Notes: a model not told the origin generated them from the letters alone. A stretch of 64,000 nucleotides of DNA from Wickerhamiella versatilis (GCA_030867685.1 JAQOWU010000003.1:744001-808000); one strand, 5' to 3'; numbered from the stretch's first letter, positions 20,630 to 31,717 are shown. Made by a program: numbers and translations.

Positions 20630-22336
20630 TTATGAATGCTTATGAGCCCGAGGATCACGACCACGACGACGATCAGAACGTTTTAAGCTCTGTTCAATCA
20701 ATGCATCATCTTCAGCCGCATCGAAGACAGCAAATGGTTGCTCAATTTCTTCTTTATAGCTGTCATTCAATGACTTCGGTCCTGCCTTCGGCGATGGTCC
20801 TGTCTTACGGAATTTAGCGACAAAAAACCCATCCACGTTGTACGTATGTGGATAGTAACGCCGAGCATGTTTTAGTGAAGGATGAAATTGCTTTCCGCGG
20901 AAGCTAGTAAAAGCCTCCTTACCAATTTGCAGCCCAGCATCAACAAGTTCAACATTAGGCCGCTTTTTCAAGGCATAGTCAACCACAGCCTCATCTTCCT
21001 CTACCATGACCGAACAAGTTGAGTATACTATTGTTGCACCTGGTTTGGTATGGTCCACTGAGTCAATTGCACAGAGAAGAAGCTGCTTCTGCAATTGTGG
21101 AAGTTGAATGAAGTCTTTTTCTGTGCGATTCTGTTTCACTGCCGGGTCTTTCGAGATTACACCAGTTCCGGAGCATGGTGCATCTAGGAGGACCCTGTCA
21201 AATCCACCTATAACACGGGGAAATTCTCTAGCATCATAATTGCAAACCACTGTATTTGTACAACCCAGTCGATGGATGTTCGCAATCAAACTCTTGGCTC
21301 GCTGCTTAGACGGATCATTGGCAAAAAGAGACCCAGTGTCTTTCATGAGGGCAGATATATACGTAGACTTTCCACCAGGTGCTGCTGCCATGTCAAGAAT
21401 ACGCTCATCTTCCTGTGGGTCTAGAGCCATCACTGGGAGGAAACTAGATGCCGCCTGTAGAATGTAATGCCCAGCCAGGTATTCAGGCGTAGCACCTATG
21501 GGGACCTGAGATTCGAAGACTTGCAAACCGACTTTTGTCCAAGATCCTATAGGCTGAAGGTTTACTCCACGGTTTACAAGTGCTTGCACCAAGTCTCTCC
21601 TTCGTGTTCGTAAGGTATTAGTTCGTATCGTCACAGGTCTAGGGACTTCATTGGCCTCAAAAAAGTCAATTGCCTCAGCTGGACTGAAAAGCTCCAGCAA
21701 CTTAGCAGCAAGGTATTCAGAGTAGCCATAATACTCTGATATGTCCTCCAGAAGCCTTTGTGTATAGAAACTACGAGGCTTGCCTTTACCGAGGGACTTA
21801 TAATCATCCAAAATTTGAATTGTCTCCATTATGCGGACCCTCAAACCTGCAACAGTCGGTTTGCCCTCTGCGAGACTTGCATCAGCATCAGCACCATCTT
21901 CAGAAGATTCGACAGATGAGTCTTCGGTTCCTGACTGTTCAGGAACTTCATCACTATCCATTGGAGAAGAATCGACTTCGGAAAATTCATCCAGTTCCTC
22001 CTCTTCACTGGAGGAATCACTCTGAGAATCAGACTCTTCTAGGAAGTTAGCAGCAGTATTCTCATTTATTTCATCCAAATTGGCCTGAGAATCATCCTCG
22101 TCGTCACTGAATATCGGACGTGCACCTTGTTCTTCTTCTTCGATATCAGAATCATCAAATAGGTTAGCTTTTTCCTCCTCCAGGTCCTCTTGTGGTTCAG
22201 CACTCTGCTCAGCCTTTCTCGCCCGCTTTCTCCCTCTTCTACTAAGTTTTTGTGAGTCGCCAGCTGGACGTTTTTCACCCCTGAATTCTTCAAGAGTTGG
22301 GGGATCGGGCTGTTTATGCTTCGTACGTCGCCCCAT
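20630..22336 (-). CDS. NOP2: 25S rRNA m5C methyltransferase
   Basis: LDMAAAPGGK, DAPCSGTG, YSTCS, PHTYNVDGFF. First ATG is at 22336 (MGRR). Confidence 0.96.
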   Translation of the reverse strand: MGRRTKHKQPDPPTLEEFRGEKRPAGDSQKLSRRGRKRARKAEQSAEPQEDLEEEKANLFDDSDIEEEEQGARPIFSDDEDDSQANLDEINENTAANFLEESDSQSDSSSEEEELDEFSEVDSSPMDSDEVPEQSGTEDSSVESSEDGADADASLAEGKPTVAGLRVRIMETIQILDDYKSLGKGKPRSFYTQRLLEDISEYYGYSEYLAAKLLELFSPAEAIDFFEANEVPRPVTIRTNTLRTRRRDLVQALVNRGVNLQPIGSWTKVGLQVFESQVPIGATPEYLAGHYILQAASSFLPVMALDPQEDERILDMAAAPGGKSTYISALMKDTGSLFANDPSKQRAKSLIANIHRLGCTNTVVCNYDAREFPRVIGGFDRVLLDAPCSGTGVISKDPAVKQNRTEKDFIQLPQLQKQLLLCAIDSVDHTKPGATIVYSTCSVMVEEDEAVVDYALKKRPNVELVDAGLQIGKEAFTSFRGKQFHPSLKHARRYYPHTYNVDGFFVAKFRKTGPSPKAGPKSLNDSYKEEIEQPFAVFDAAEDDALIEQSLKRSDRRRGRDPRAHKHS

Positions 22337-22353
22337 TTTTTTGTTAAAAAATG

Positions 22354-22361
22354 TTACGTCA
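22354..22361. promoter_or_regulatory. CRE/bZIP-like site TTACGTCA centred in the 41-bp NOP2/GCD10 divergent spacer
   Basis: 17 bp from the NOP2 ATG and 16 bp from the GCD10 ATG; one instance of a recurrent motif (see findings). Confidence 0.55.
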
Positions 22362-22377
22362 GCAGACAACCTGATCT

Positions 22378-23652
22378 ATGAGAATTGAAGAGGGTTCATA
22401 CGTTCTCCTCCGACTTCCATCAGGAAATACTAAGGTTGTAAAGCTTGAAAAGGATCAAATTGTGAATCTTGGAAAGTTCGGTACATTTAGTGCAGAGCAT
22501 ATTATAGGTGACCCTTTTGGATTCACTTACGAGGTTTTACCAGACAAAAGCGTAACTAAAGTAGAGCAGCCGGAATACGTCGAACATGATGATCTTCTTG
22601 GAACTGAACAGTCCATGGAGGGTGATAGGATTGATTCAACGGGACTCCAGGCCCTGACAACAGAAGAAATAGAGAGTTTGAAGAAACAGGGCCTTTCAGG
22701 TGAAGAGATCATTGCGAAAGTGCAGAAGGGTCATGCTGCATTTGAGCACAAAACTGAATATTCCAAAGAAAAATATATGAAGCGTAAGAAGAGAAAGTTC
22801 CTTCAACAGTTTACTCCCGAAGCTTTTGGTCCTCATGAACTTGTGGAATATTATATAGAAAAAGATCACTCAAAAGTTTTGAATATGAGCCCCGAAACGC
22901 TTTCCTTGCTATTAAATTCTGCGAATATTTTCGCGGGTGGGAATTACCTAGTTCTGGATGAGACGCCAGGTGTGATTGTCGGTGCCATTCTCAGTCGAAT
23001 AGGTGAAGAGGGATCCGTGACTGTGCTTCATGAAAACGAACATCCCAACCTTGATGCTCTGCGATTTTTGGGGCTTGATAAGAGCCCATTAGTGAGGACA
23101 CTCTCGTTACTAGACTTTTTGCATCCAGATGAGGCACCAAAATTCGAAGAGAAATCAAGCGAGGAACTCTCACCACTCAAGCCCGTTCAAAGAGGCCAGT
23201 ATTTCCGAAATATGAAACGCGAGAATGATAGAAAGTGGATCATCGAGAAAGCACGCAGCGAGGAAGGATTTGATGCCTTGGTCGTGGCTTCCACACTAGA
23301 CCTTCAAACCTTGATACCAAGCCTGTTACCTGCACTTGGAGGCTCGTGCCCGCTGGCTATTTACAGCGAATATAAAGAGCCGTTAGTATCTCTGACTCTC
23401 ATGCTAAAAAAGGATCTTCGAGTGCTTGGTCCCACAACTACAGAGACGAGAGTGCGAAAGTATCAAACATTGCCTGGCAGAATACATCCTGAGATGTCTA
23501 TGCGGGGGTATGGTGGTTACATTTTGAGTGCACTGCGCGTATTTCCCGATTCAGCAGTTTCTGCTAAGGGTGCTGTACACTCCAGACCCCGTAAGAGAAT
23601 TGCTACAGGATTGGAGACTCGAAGAGATGAGAGCATGAATGAGATTGAGTAA
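22378..23652 (+). CDS. GCD10: tRNA m1A58 methyltransferase non-catalytic subunit (Trm6)
   Basis: LGKFGTF, KTEYSKEKY, YQTLPGRIHPEMSMRGYGGY. Confidence 0.93.
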   Translation: MRIEEGSYVLLRLPSGNTKVVKLEKDQIVNLGKFGTFSAEHIIGDPFGFTYEVLPDKSVTKVEQPEYVEHDDLLGTEQSMEGDRIDSTGLQALTTEEIESLKKQGLSGEEIIAKVQKGHAAFEHKTEYSKEKYMKRKKRKFLQQFTPEAFGPHELVEYYIEKDHSKVLNMSPETLSLLLNSANIFAGGNYLVLDETPGVIVGAILSRIGEEGSVTVLHENEHPNLDALRFLGLDKSPLVRTLSLLDFLHPDEAPKFEEKSSEELSPLKPVQRGQYFRNMKRENDRKWIIEKARSEEGFDALVVASTLDLQTLIPSLLPALGGSCPLAIYSEYKEPLVSLTLMLKKDLRVLGPTTTETRVRKYQTLPGRIHPEMSMRGYGGYILSALRVFPDSAVSAKGAVHSRPRKRIATGLETRRDESMNEIE

Positions 23653-24152
23653 TCTTTCAAATATTAAATTCGAGTTAATTGATTCTTCCTTATTGTTTTC
23701 TCATTGTAATTATAATATTGTGAATCAACTCAAGGTGGTGTAATCTTTGCGTGCGACTAGATAGCCCACTTCACTCCCAGAGATTGGAGGGGGTCGCCCA
23801 ATTCGTTTTAAATATTTACGCTATAACTTATGAGACTATAATTCCAACTTTCCAGCGCTATTGGAGCAATAAGACTGCTGCATCAGCTTGGTTCAAATGT
23901 TGAAAGATATGCAAGAGAACGATATTGGGAGCGAAAAAAAAGTATTATTACTTGAATCTGCACCAAATTTTGAGACCGTGACTATGGAGCGTGGAGCATA
24001 CAGTAAGATTGCAGTTGTATCTAGTGTTAGTGATAGTAGGTCAACAATCCAACTTGGGTCTTAAACCCGTTTCATAACTTGAGGCTATCTTGCATTGTCC
24101 AGCTATTAGCCATATATACATAGCGAGCATAATAGGATATATTGGCATTTTC

Positions 24153-24950
24153 TCAAGTAGTATCACGCCGAGCCCAGACCGTTCGAGGAAGCCCTGCTAA
24201 GTCAACTTCACCGTGAGCTGCCCAGCCACGGGTTTTGAAGAGTGCTACACAAAAGTCGATTTGCTCCTGATTTCCAACCTCAATAACTGCCATCTGTGCA
24301 CCACTTTCGAATATGCGACTGATAACAGCAGCAAGTGTAGCGCTACCCCCCAGCAATGCGCGTCTGGGCTCCCAAATAGTTACGCTGGGTTGTGTTTCTG
24401 TCCAAAACTCAGCTTGAGGAATGTATGGTGGATTTGAGACCACCAAATCAACCTTGACATCATCTGGAAGAGGCTCAAATAGACTATGTTTTAGGAACTG
24501 CGCATTCAGACCTGTTTTCAAACAATTTTGATTGAACACGGTTTCTGAAACTGGACTTATATCCATACCCACACCACTCATACCTAGTTCACACACTAAA
24601 AGAAGGAGAATGCAGCCAGATCCGGTACCAATATCTAAAACTTTCTTAGGCTTCCAATCACCGTGTTTGATATTTGAAGCCAACTTGCAAGCCCAGTCTT
24701 CCGTTTCGCTTCTAGGAATTAGGACTCCTCTAGGTGTATCCAGGGTCAGAGGGCCGAAAGGTGTTGTTCCAAGTACATATGCGAGTGGCATTCCCATACT
24801 TCTCTTCTTAACGGCAGAGAAAACTTTTGTCACAGGAAGCTCTTGTCGTATCCAGCGCAATTCTTGTCTTGCCTGTGCTAACGAACCACATACATGATAG
24901 AGAGAGCGAAGCACTGAATTTTTAATTCGTTCAGGATGAAGGCGAGGCAT
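24153..24950 (-). CDS. MTQ1: HemK/PrmC-family mitochondrial release-factor Gln methyltransferase
   Basis: PLAYVLG, VLIPRSETE, LDIGTGSGCI, SNPPYI. Confidence 0.85.
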   Translation of the reverse strand: MPRLHPERIKNSVLRSLYHVCGSLAQARQELRWIRQELPVTKVFSAVKKRSMGMPLAYVLGTTPFGPLTLDTPRGVLIPRSETEDWACKLASNIKHGDWKPKKVLDIGTGSGCILLLLVCELGMSGVGMDISPVSETVFNQNCLKTGLNAQFLKHSLFEPLPDDVKVDLVVSNPPYIPQAEFWTETQPSVTIWEPRRALLGGSATLAAVISRIFESGAQMAVIEVGNQEQIDFCVALFKTRGWAAHGEVDLAGLPRTVWARRDTT

Positions 24951-25327
24951 AATTTATTATCATCGTAGGGGTCAAATGCTTAGAGCCTTCACTGAAAAGC
25001 GCGAGTGACTAATCCCGCAGAGGCCTGCACTCCAACAACTTTGAAAGTCGGAAAAATCATGTTACAAGGAAATTTCGATAAGCCAATTTTAGATTTGAAA
25101 AAAAAATTTTATTCGGTCTAAAGTATAACAAAAATCATATCTAGCATCATTTACCGGGCAAATGAAAAATATTTCTTAAGTTTCATAGATGCCAACAGAC
25201 TTGGGCTGGCTAACGTTTTTTTCCTGTGGAAACTTTTGTAGTCTCCCCACATATGCATTTTCTGCTTAGTAACAAGAAGGCTCAGTCAACCAATATCAAA
25301 CGTGGCTTTGATTTGCAGTGAGCTTTC

Positions 25328-26959
25328 ATGGTCCGAAAAGCTCCGGTATTGAAAATTGATGATGAATCCGGTGGTGAGCAGACTCCCATAACCTCCAGGC
25401 CACCAGGCATACGTACGCCTTCGCCGCCCAACTCTGCGGGGTCAAAAGATGCACTAGAGAGAGGTCAAGGGACTCAAGTGCGCCCATCGAGCCGCAGTCC
25501 TAGGACCAGCATAAGACCAGTGCGACCAGTACTCCAGCGGTTCTATTCATTACCCGAGAATCCAGCGCGCAGCCCTATGCGTCACCATTTTCGGCTGTCC
25601 AACGCAGAGCCTCACATGGTAATAGAGACCCCCAAAATAGATTATCTTGAGGATGCCAACGGGCGATTCGTGAACCAGTACAAATTGACCAGGTCTATTG
25701 GACGAGGGAAATATGGCCGCCTGTGGGAGGCCACTGATCCTGAAGGACAAATTTTTGCTATCAAGGAATGCTCAAAGCTGAGGCTCGCGAAGCTGAACCA
25801 TCGTATTCTTATGCTCAAAAGACGTCAAGGGGATCGACATTTTGATTTAGCAGACCTCATTCGTCGAGAAATTGCTGTAATGAAGAAAATCGACCACCCC
25901 AATCTTGTTAGTCTTTATGAAGTTTTGGATGATCCCGATTCTGATGCATTGTATCTTGTCATTGAATGGTGCTCAAGTGGGTGTGTTGTGAACGGTGGAC
26001 CGTTGGACGAGGAGCAATGCCGGCTTTATTTTCGCGATATGTTGTTAGGTGTGGAATATCTACATTCGCGCGGCATCGCTCACCGGGATATTAAGGCCGA
26101 TAATGTGCTACTCAACGAAAATGACGTTCTAAAGCTGGCAGATTTCGGTGTAGCCGAAATCTTCAATGCCTCTACTGATGCTGGTGATACGGTTAAGGAA
26201 CGCGCTGGAAGCCCTGCCTACATGGCACCTGAGTTGGTGTCCTTATTTGGAGCTATTGGTCCTAAAGGACCTACTCCGAAAGTACATGTCTCTGGCCGTA
26301 GGGCAGATATCTGGGCTATGGGTGTTACTTTGTATCTTATGATATTCCAATGTCTCCCGTTTCAAGGAAACAATTTATTGGAGCTCGATATGGCCATTTT
26401 AGAGAAGGAACCATCGTTCCCACCTAATACCTCCCCCGATCTTGTCGATTTTCTCAAACGTTTACTCAAGAAGGACCCGCAGGAGCGCATCAGTTTGGCT
26501 CAAATGCGTGAACATCCCTGGGTTACCCATGGAGGTGACGATCCTTTACTTTCATACGAAGAGAACGTCGACGTGGAGAATGAAGATCCTGTCACAGAAG
26601 AAGATCTAGTTTCTGCTGTGGAGCAATTACATCTAAGTGGTAGCCAGGAGGACCTTGAGAATTATGAGCGGTTTCTCAGGAAAAACTATGGATGGCGTCC
26701 GTCCTCGAGAAGTGTTTCACATTCCAGAGCCCGCTCACATTCCAGAGCAGCATCGCATTCCAGAACAGAATCGCATTCGATTGATGATTGTACATCTACA
26801 GAATCGTTGTCGCCTATGTCGGCGTCTAGCCTCGCCCCAGTACAGACTGAAGATGGACAGCGAGATACTCACTACTCGTCGAAGTTAAATAAGTTAACCC
26901 GTGCGCTCGATGAAATCACTCGTATGAATGGGTGGGCCGGGACTAATACAGGAGAATGA
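25328..26959 (+). CDS. CaMKK-family Ser/Thr kinase (Sak1/Tos3/Ssp1-like)
   Basis: GRGKYG, AIK followed by an RP-type insert, REIAVMKKIDHPNLV, EVLDDP, HRDIK, DFG, GSPAYMAPE. Confidence 0.85.
   Translation: MVRKAPVLKIDDESGGEQTPITSRPPGIRTPSPPNSAGSKDALERGQGTQVRPSSRSPRTSIRPVRPVLQRFYSLPENPARSPMRHHFRLSNAEPHMVIETPKIDYLEDANGRFVNQYKLTRSIGRGKYGRLWEATDPEGQIFAIKECSKLRLAKLNHRILMLKRRQGDRHFDLADLIRREIAVMKKIDHPNLVSLYEVLDDPDSDALYLVIEWCSSGCVVNGGPLDEEQCRLYFRDMLLGVEYLHSRGIAHRDIKADNVLLNENDVLKLADFGVAEIFNASTDAGDTVKERAGSPAYMAPELVSLFGAIGPKGPTPKVHVSGRRADIWAMGVTLYLMIFQCLPFQGNNLLELDMAILEKEPSFPPNTSPDLVDFLKRLLKKDPQERISLAQMREHPWVTHGGDDPLLSYEENVDVENEDPVTEEDLVSAVEQLHLSGSQEDLENYERFLRKNYGWRPSSRSVSHSRARSHSRAASHSRTESHSIDDCTSTESLSPMSASSLAPVQTEDGQRDTHYSSKLNKLTRALDEITRMNGWAGTNTGE
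26717..26778 (+). repeat. 18-bp coding minisatellite (about 3.5 units) encoding SHSR repeats
   Basis: TCACATTCCAGAGCCCGC / TCACATTCCAGAGCAGCA / TCGCATTCCAGAACAGAA / TCGCATTC. Confidence 0.85.
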
Positions 26960-27186
26960 TTTATTGCATTTGTTTTATGACTTAACGACCAGCTGCTGAG
27001 AAATAAAGTAACAGAATTTATTGGAACAGGCAAGTTTCCATATGTCAAAAAAAAGTATTATGATGCTTTCTATACCATACCGTATATAACTTTGCAATTA
27101 CCTCTGTCACGCGAGGGAGGAGGTAATGCAGTGACTTAATACATAATATAGGAGTACCTACCTGTTAGTAATAGAGATTTAACCCA

Positions 27187-27783
27187 ATGTCTAAACGACT
27201 GTTGCGTGACATTCAGGCTGTGAAAGAAGACACTGAGTGGGGGTTTGGAATAGAGGTTGATGAATCTGATGTTCGTCATCTTAAGGCTTCCTTCCCTGGT
27301 CCATCTGGATCGCCTTACGAGGGTGGGGAGTTCGTGGTGAAGTTTGAATTTGATCGGGAATACCCCCTGAAAGCTCCACGAGTTTCATTTGAGACAAAAG
27401 TATTCCATCCTAATATCAGCTCGCAGACAGGTGCTACGTGCTTGGATATACTCAAGGAGAGTTGGACTCCTATATACAACATAAGGTCGATTCTTATCAG
27501 TCTTCAGCAGCTTCTTGAGTCCCCTAACGCCAACGACCCGCAGGATGCTGAGGTTGCTGGGCTTTTTAACTATAACAAGGCGGAGTTCGAGCGAGTGGCG
27601 AGCGAGTGGACCCGCAAGTATGCCAAGCCTGAGCAACCCAAGGTGGATGAGAAATCCATTGCTGAGTTCCAGCAGATGGGCTTCTCTCGCGAGCAGATCC
27701 TAAAGGTTTTTGAGAAACTTGGTATCGATAAAGTAAGTTCGGATGAGGAGAAAAACAAGGTTGCGGAGGCCTTACTCACTTAA
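27187..27783 (+). CDS. UBC1: Ubiquitin-conjugating enzyme with C-terminal UBA domain
   Basis: HPNISSQTGATCLDILK, PQDAEVA, UBA-like MGF motif. Confidence 0.93.
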   Translation: MSKRLLRDIQAVKEDTEWGFGIEVDESDVRHLKASFPGPSGSPYEGGEFVVKFEFDREYPLKAPRVSFETKVFHPNISSQTGATCLDILKESWTPIYNIRSILISLQQLLESPNANDPQDAEVAGLFNYNKAEFERVASEWTRKYAKPEQPKVDEKSIAEFQQMGFSREQILKVFEKLGIDKVSSDEEKNKVAEALLT

Positions 27784-27975
27784 TCCATTGATGACATGTA
27801 TGCCTCAGCTATCCACACTGGGTGCGGACTCTACATATTCGATTTGCATAGTAGTTTAGCTATGCTGACTCTCTAACTATGAACTAGTCAGGATAGTATT
27901 AGTCTCTAGACTTAGGTGGAAGAGGGTTCACTAGAACTAGTAGAAACTATCTGCTGAGTAAACGTAGTACGCCAC

Positions 27976-29295
27976 ATGGGACAGGGACCATCTGGTGCTG
28001 GCGATCGCCGTAATGCTAAACGGAAGGGGGACAAGAAGGATAAGCCCAAATATGAGCCCCCAGTGCAGACGAGGTCTTTTCGTAAGAAGCGGAAGGGCCC
28101 AGATAGTGCAGCAAAGCTCCCCGCTGTTCATCCCACAACAAGGTGTAGGCTCAAGTTGCTCAAAATGGAGCGCGTAAAGGACCATCTCCTCATCGAGGAA
28201 GAGTTTGTGCAAAACCAGGAACGTCTGCGCCCGCTGGACGACAAAATCGCAGACGACCGTCAGAAAGTCGATGAGATGCGTGGTTCTCCTATGGGTCTTG
28301 GAACACTCGAGGAGCTTGTCGATGACGATCATGCCATTGTAAGTAGTACCTCTGGCCCAGAGTATTATGTATCCATTCGTTCATTTGTGGATAAAGACTT
28401 GCTGGAACCTGGTTGCTCTGTTCTACTCCATCAGAAGAGTGTCAGCGTGGTGGGTATTTTGCAAGATGATGCTGATCCTATGGTCTCTGTAATGAAAATG
28501 GATAAAGCTCCCAATGAAAATTATAGCGATATAGGAGGCCTCGAAAGTCAGATCCAGGAGATCAAAGAGGCGGTTGAGTTGCCCCTTACACACCCCGAAT
28601 TATACGAGGAAATGGGTATTCGCCCTCCAAAGGGTGTGATCCTTTATGGTGCTCCAGGTACGGGTAAAACTCTGCTTGCAAAAGCTGTGGCCAACCAGAC
28701 ATCGGCAAGCTTTTTGAGAATCGTTGGCTCAGAACTGATCCAGAAATACTTAGGTGATGGCCCACGATTAACTCGGCAGATTTTCCAGATTGCATCGGAA
28801 AACTCCCCCTCTATAGTGTTCATCGATGAGATCGATGCCATTGGTTCGAAACGATATGAATCAACCAGTGGGGGTGAGCGTGAAATCCAGCGAACTATGC
28901 TTGAATTGCTAAATCAGCTTGATGGCTTCGATGACAGGGGAGATGTCAAGGTGATCATGGCCACAAACAAGATTGAATCACTGGATCCTGCACTTATCCG
29001 TCCGGGTCGTATTGATCGTAAGATTCTCTTTGAAAATCCAGACTACGCTACAAAGCGAAAGATTCTGTCAATTCATACCAGTAAAATGAGTTTGGCCGAT
29101 GATGTCAAGCTGGATGATATTGTATCATCAAAGGATGAACTTTCTGGTGCGGATATCAAGGCCATATGCACTGAGGCAGGGTTGTTGGCATTGCGTGAGC
29201 GTAGAATGAGGGTTACGGCAGCTGATTTCCAGTCTGCTAAGGAGCGCGTGATGAAGAATAAGGTCGAAGAGAACTTAGAAGGACTATACCTTTAG
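27976..29295 (+). CDS. RPT2: 26S proteasome AAA-ATPase subunit 4
   Basis: MGQG myristoylation start, [17 protein letters not shown], and HbYX tail LEGLYL. Confidence 0.97.
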   Translation: MGQGPSGAGDRRNAKRKGDKKDKPKYEPPVQTRSFRKKRKGPDSAAKLPAVHPTTRCRLKLLKMERVKDHLLIEEEFVQNQERLRPLDDKIADDRQKVDEMRGSPMGLGTLEELVDDDHAIVSSTSGPEYYVSIRSFVDKDLLEPGCSVLLHQKSVSVVGILQDDADPMVSVMKMDKAPNENYSDIGGLESQIQEIKEAVELPLTHPELYEEMGIRPPKGVILYGAPGTGKTLLAKAVANQTSASFLRIVGSELIQKYLGDGPRLTRQIFQIASENSPSIVFIDEIDAIGSKRYESTSGGEREIQRTMLELLNQLDGFDDRGDVKVIMATNKIESLDPALIRPGRIDRKILFENPDYATKRKILSIHTSKMSLADDVKLDDIVSSKDELSGADIKAICTEAGLLALRERRMRVTAADFQSAKERVMKNKVEENLEGLYL

Positions 29296-29634
29296 TTATA
29301 TATATGTATCTATAGTCCTAGATCATCCACCTTATCTTTGATTGTTTTTTATGTCTGATTATGGCTTGAAGTACTTTTATTAGTCCATTGACGCACTAAA
29401 TTTAACGTTAAGTGAGGTTGAGATGGGAAGAGTGCACAGGCGTACGTGATTCTTAAAAGACACTAGCCATTAGGGTACAAAGTCTACCATGAGCCTCTAC
29501 GCGTAGTATTAAGCTAATAATGTCAATTCGCATCGAAAAAATGCTTCAAAATAATGTATTAAAAACTTGCGGTAGCTTCAAGTATGCGGTCATTGCGCCT
29601 TTTGATCTGACTAAAACTCCCTTTTGATTGTGGG

Positions 29635-30546
29635 ATGGACAACGTGAAGCTGGGTCCAGATGACGATGGAGCAGCCGCTCTAGCAGCTTTAGGTGGCACT
29701 ACTGGTCAAATATCGTCAAATTTGCCCTCTTTAACTGATGAAGAGGCCCGTGAAGCTGCTATTCACGCGATAGGTGAGGTTCGTCAATCCGCATCCCATG
29801 GCACTGTTCCAGAAATTGAGACCAATGGCAGGACATATGATTGCGACGAATGCGGTTGGAAATTTAGTCTAAGAGGAAACTTATTTGCGCACATGCGGCG
29901 TCACACAGGCGAAAAGCCATACGAATGCTCTGTATGCCGTCGTCGCTTCACTCAGAGCTCCTTACTGACAGTTCATATGCGTACTCATACCGGAGAAAAG
30001 CCATTTGTGTGCGAGGTGTGTGGACGGCAGTTTAGCAGGAGTGGGAATCTTAACACGCATCTTCGTATGCACCGTCAGGAGAAGCCTTATACTTGCGAGC
30101 ACTGTGGTCGTGGATTCACTCAGAGAATCAATATGGAACTTCACACAAGGGTACATACTGGTGTGAAGCCATATGAATGTGGGGTCTGCCAGCGCCGGTT
30201 CACGTCTTGCTCCAATATGCGACGGCATTGGCGGCAGCTTCATCCGGCGCACCCAGAGCCTCCATTGGGTACGGTACATTTGCATAATGGCACACCTGAG
30301 AAGCAGCTAAATCCTGACGAGGTTGAGAATAGTGACCAGGCAAAAGACCTTATGATTCGTGGGGATTCTACACAGCTCAATCAACAACCCTCTGACGTAG
30401 ATGGTGATGCCTCTGAAGATGGACTTAGAGATCCCGAGCCCAGGGAGGCGAGTAAATCTTCTGCCAGTGCAAGTGAGGGTGAACGAGAAAAAGATCCTGA
30501 CGCCAATCTGAAACGCGAAGTGCGCAGTGCTCTATCTGGATTGTAG
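29635..30546 (+). CDS. C2H2 zinc-finger transcription factor with five tandem fingers
   Basis: Five CxxC-x12-Hx3-4H repeats joined by TGEKP-type linkers. Confidence 0.9.
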   Translation: MDNVKLGPDDDGAAALAALGGTTGQISSNLPSLTDEEAREAAIHAIGEVRQSASHGTVPEIETNGRTYDCDECGWKFSLRGNLFAHMRRHTGEKPYECSVCRRRFTQSSLLTVHMRTHTGEKPFVCEVCGRQFSRSGNLNTHLRMHRQEKPYTCEHCGRGFTQRINMELHTRVHTGVKPYECGVCQRRFTSCSNMRRHWRQLHPAHPEPPLGTVHLHNGTPEKQLNPDEVENSDQAKDLMIRGDSTQLNQQPSDVDGDASEDGLRDPEPREASKSSASASEGEREKDPDANLKREVRSALSGL

Positions 30547-30859
30547 GCAGTACTCCTGATATCCTAGTTGGAGAAAGATAATATCTCTTTATCAAGAGAT
30601 ACTAATATTTCAGAAGCAGAGAATTTCAGAGAAAAAAGTAATAGAGCTGTTTCTTCTTAAAGTAACGAGGTGATGTCGAGGCTAACTTAGTCTATTGTGA
30701 ACTCTTTCAATTGATTAGTTTTTGGAAAAGATAAATGCATGTAATATATATGGGCTTCAGAGGGCCTTGAAAGCTCAGTGTGCCATGCGGAGTTTATTTC
30801 GGGCAATAATTATAGAACAAAAAAAGGTAAGACAGACTTGTAATCTTTGACCACGATAT

Positions 30860-31717
30860 TTAAATTCCAAGCGTAATACGGCACCCATAACAATATATAT
30901 TACCAGGATCGCTACGACAAAGAGAGCATGGCTCGGGCTCTTGCGAGACCTTTTGTGCCACCTTCGAAACTGTCGAGACAACAGCAGGAAATTCCTGTTG
31001 GGTTTTTGTGAAGTACGCATGGACAATCTCATCAATGCTTTGAAGTTTTGTAACCTGAGGCACCTTGGGCAATTCTTCTGTAGAGCTCAGTCCTCGTATA
31101 TTGGCATACATTAACAATTCGGGCTGCGTGATTTCACGAAGCGGAAATTTAACCAAGTTCTCAGCACTTATTAGCGAAGGGATCTGCTGACCTCGTCCTT
31201 TTATAGTCTCTGAGAGAACAAACTGGCTCATACTCGTTGTGGAAAGGCTATAAAGAAGTGCCGATGCATGACGGGTGGTAGCAAACTTAATCAATGATTG
31301 TCTCAAAAGCTGCATATCAAGATCTTGCTCAGATGACCTAGTATGATTCTTAGGCCTTTCAATCTTAGGGCATAAGGTATCAATCGCTTCGGATTTCGGG
31401 ATCCACTCTATATCAAGATTGAATGGCCACTCTCGGGGTTCGCCAATGTGCACGCATAGAACACGAATTGACCGATGACTGTTGAGTTTTTCCCTTTGAA
31501 ATTGTAAAAGACGCTGAACAAGATCTACAAGTACCATGCTCGAGATACCAAATGAAATAGGCACTACTATAAGAGGAGGAGGATGTCCACGTAGGGGTTC
31601 CATCGCACGATAAAACTTTTGCCCTATGAAATCAACAAAACATGAATCACAAAATTTTTCACCACGTGCTTTTAGCGAGCTTTCACGCTGGCGACATCTC
31701 GAACACAAACTTTCCAT
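30860..31717 (-). CDS. NCS2: Cytoplasmic tRNA 2-thiolation protein 2 (Ctu2)
   Basis: N-terminal CxxC pairs, degenerate PP-loop ISFGISS, ETIKGRG, FPAVVSTV, C-terminal CYGC. Confidence 0.85.
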   Translation of the reverse strand: MESLCSRCRQRESSLKARGEKFCDSCFVDFIGQKFYRAMEPLRGHPPPLIVVPISFGISSMVLVDLVQRLLQFQREKLNSHRSIRVLCVHIGEPREWPFNLDIEWIPKSEAIDTLCPKIERPKNHTRSSEQDLDMQLLRQSLIKFATTRHASALLYSLSTTSMSQFVLSETIKGRGQQIPSLISAENLVKFPLREITQPELLMYANIRGLSSTEELPKVPQVTKLQSIDEIVHAYFTKTQQEFPAVVSTVSKVAQKVSQEPEPCSLCRSDPGNIYCYGCRITLGI

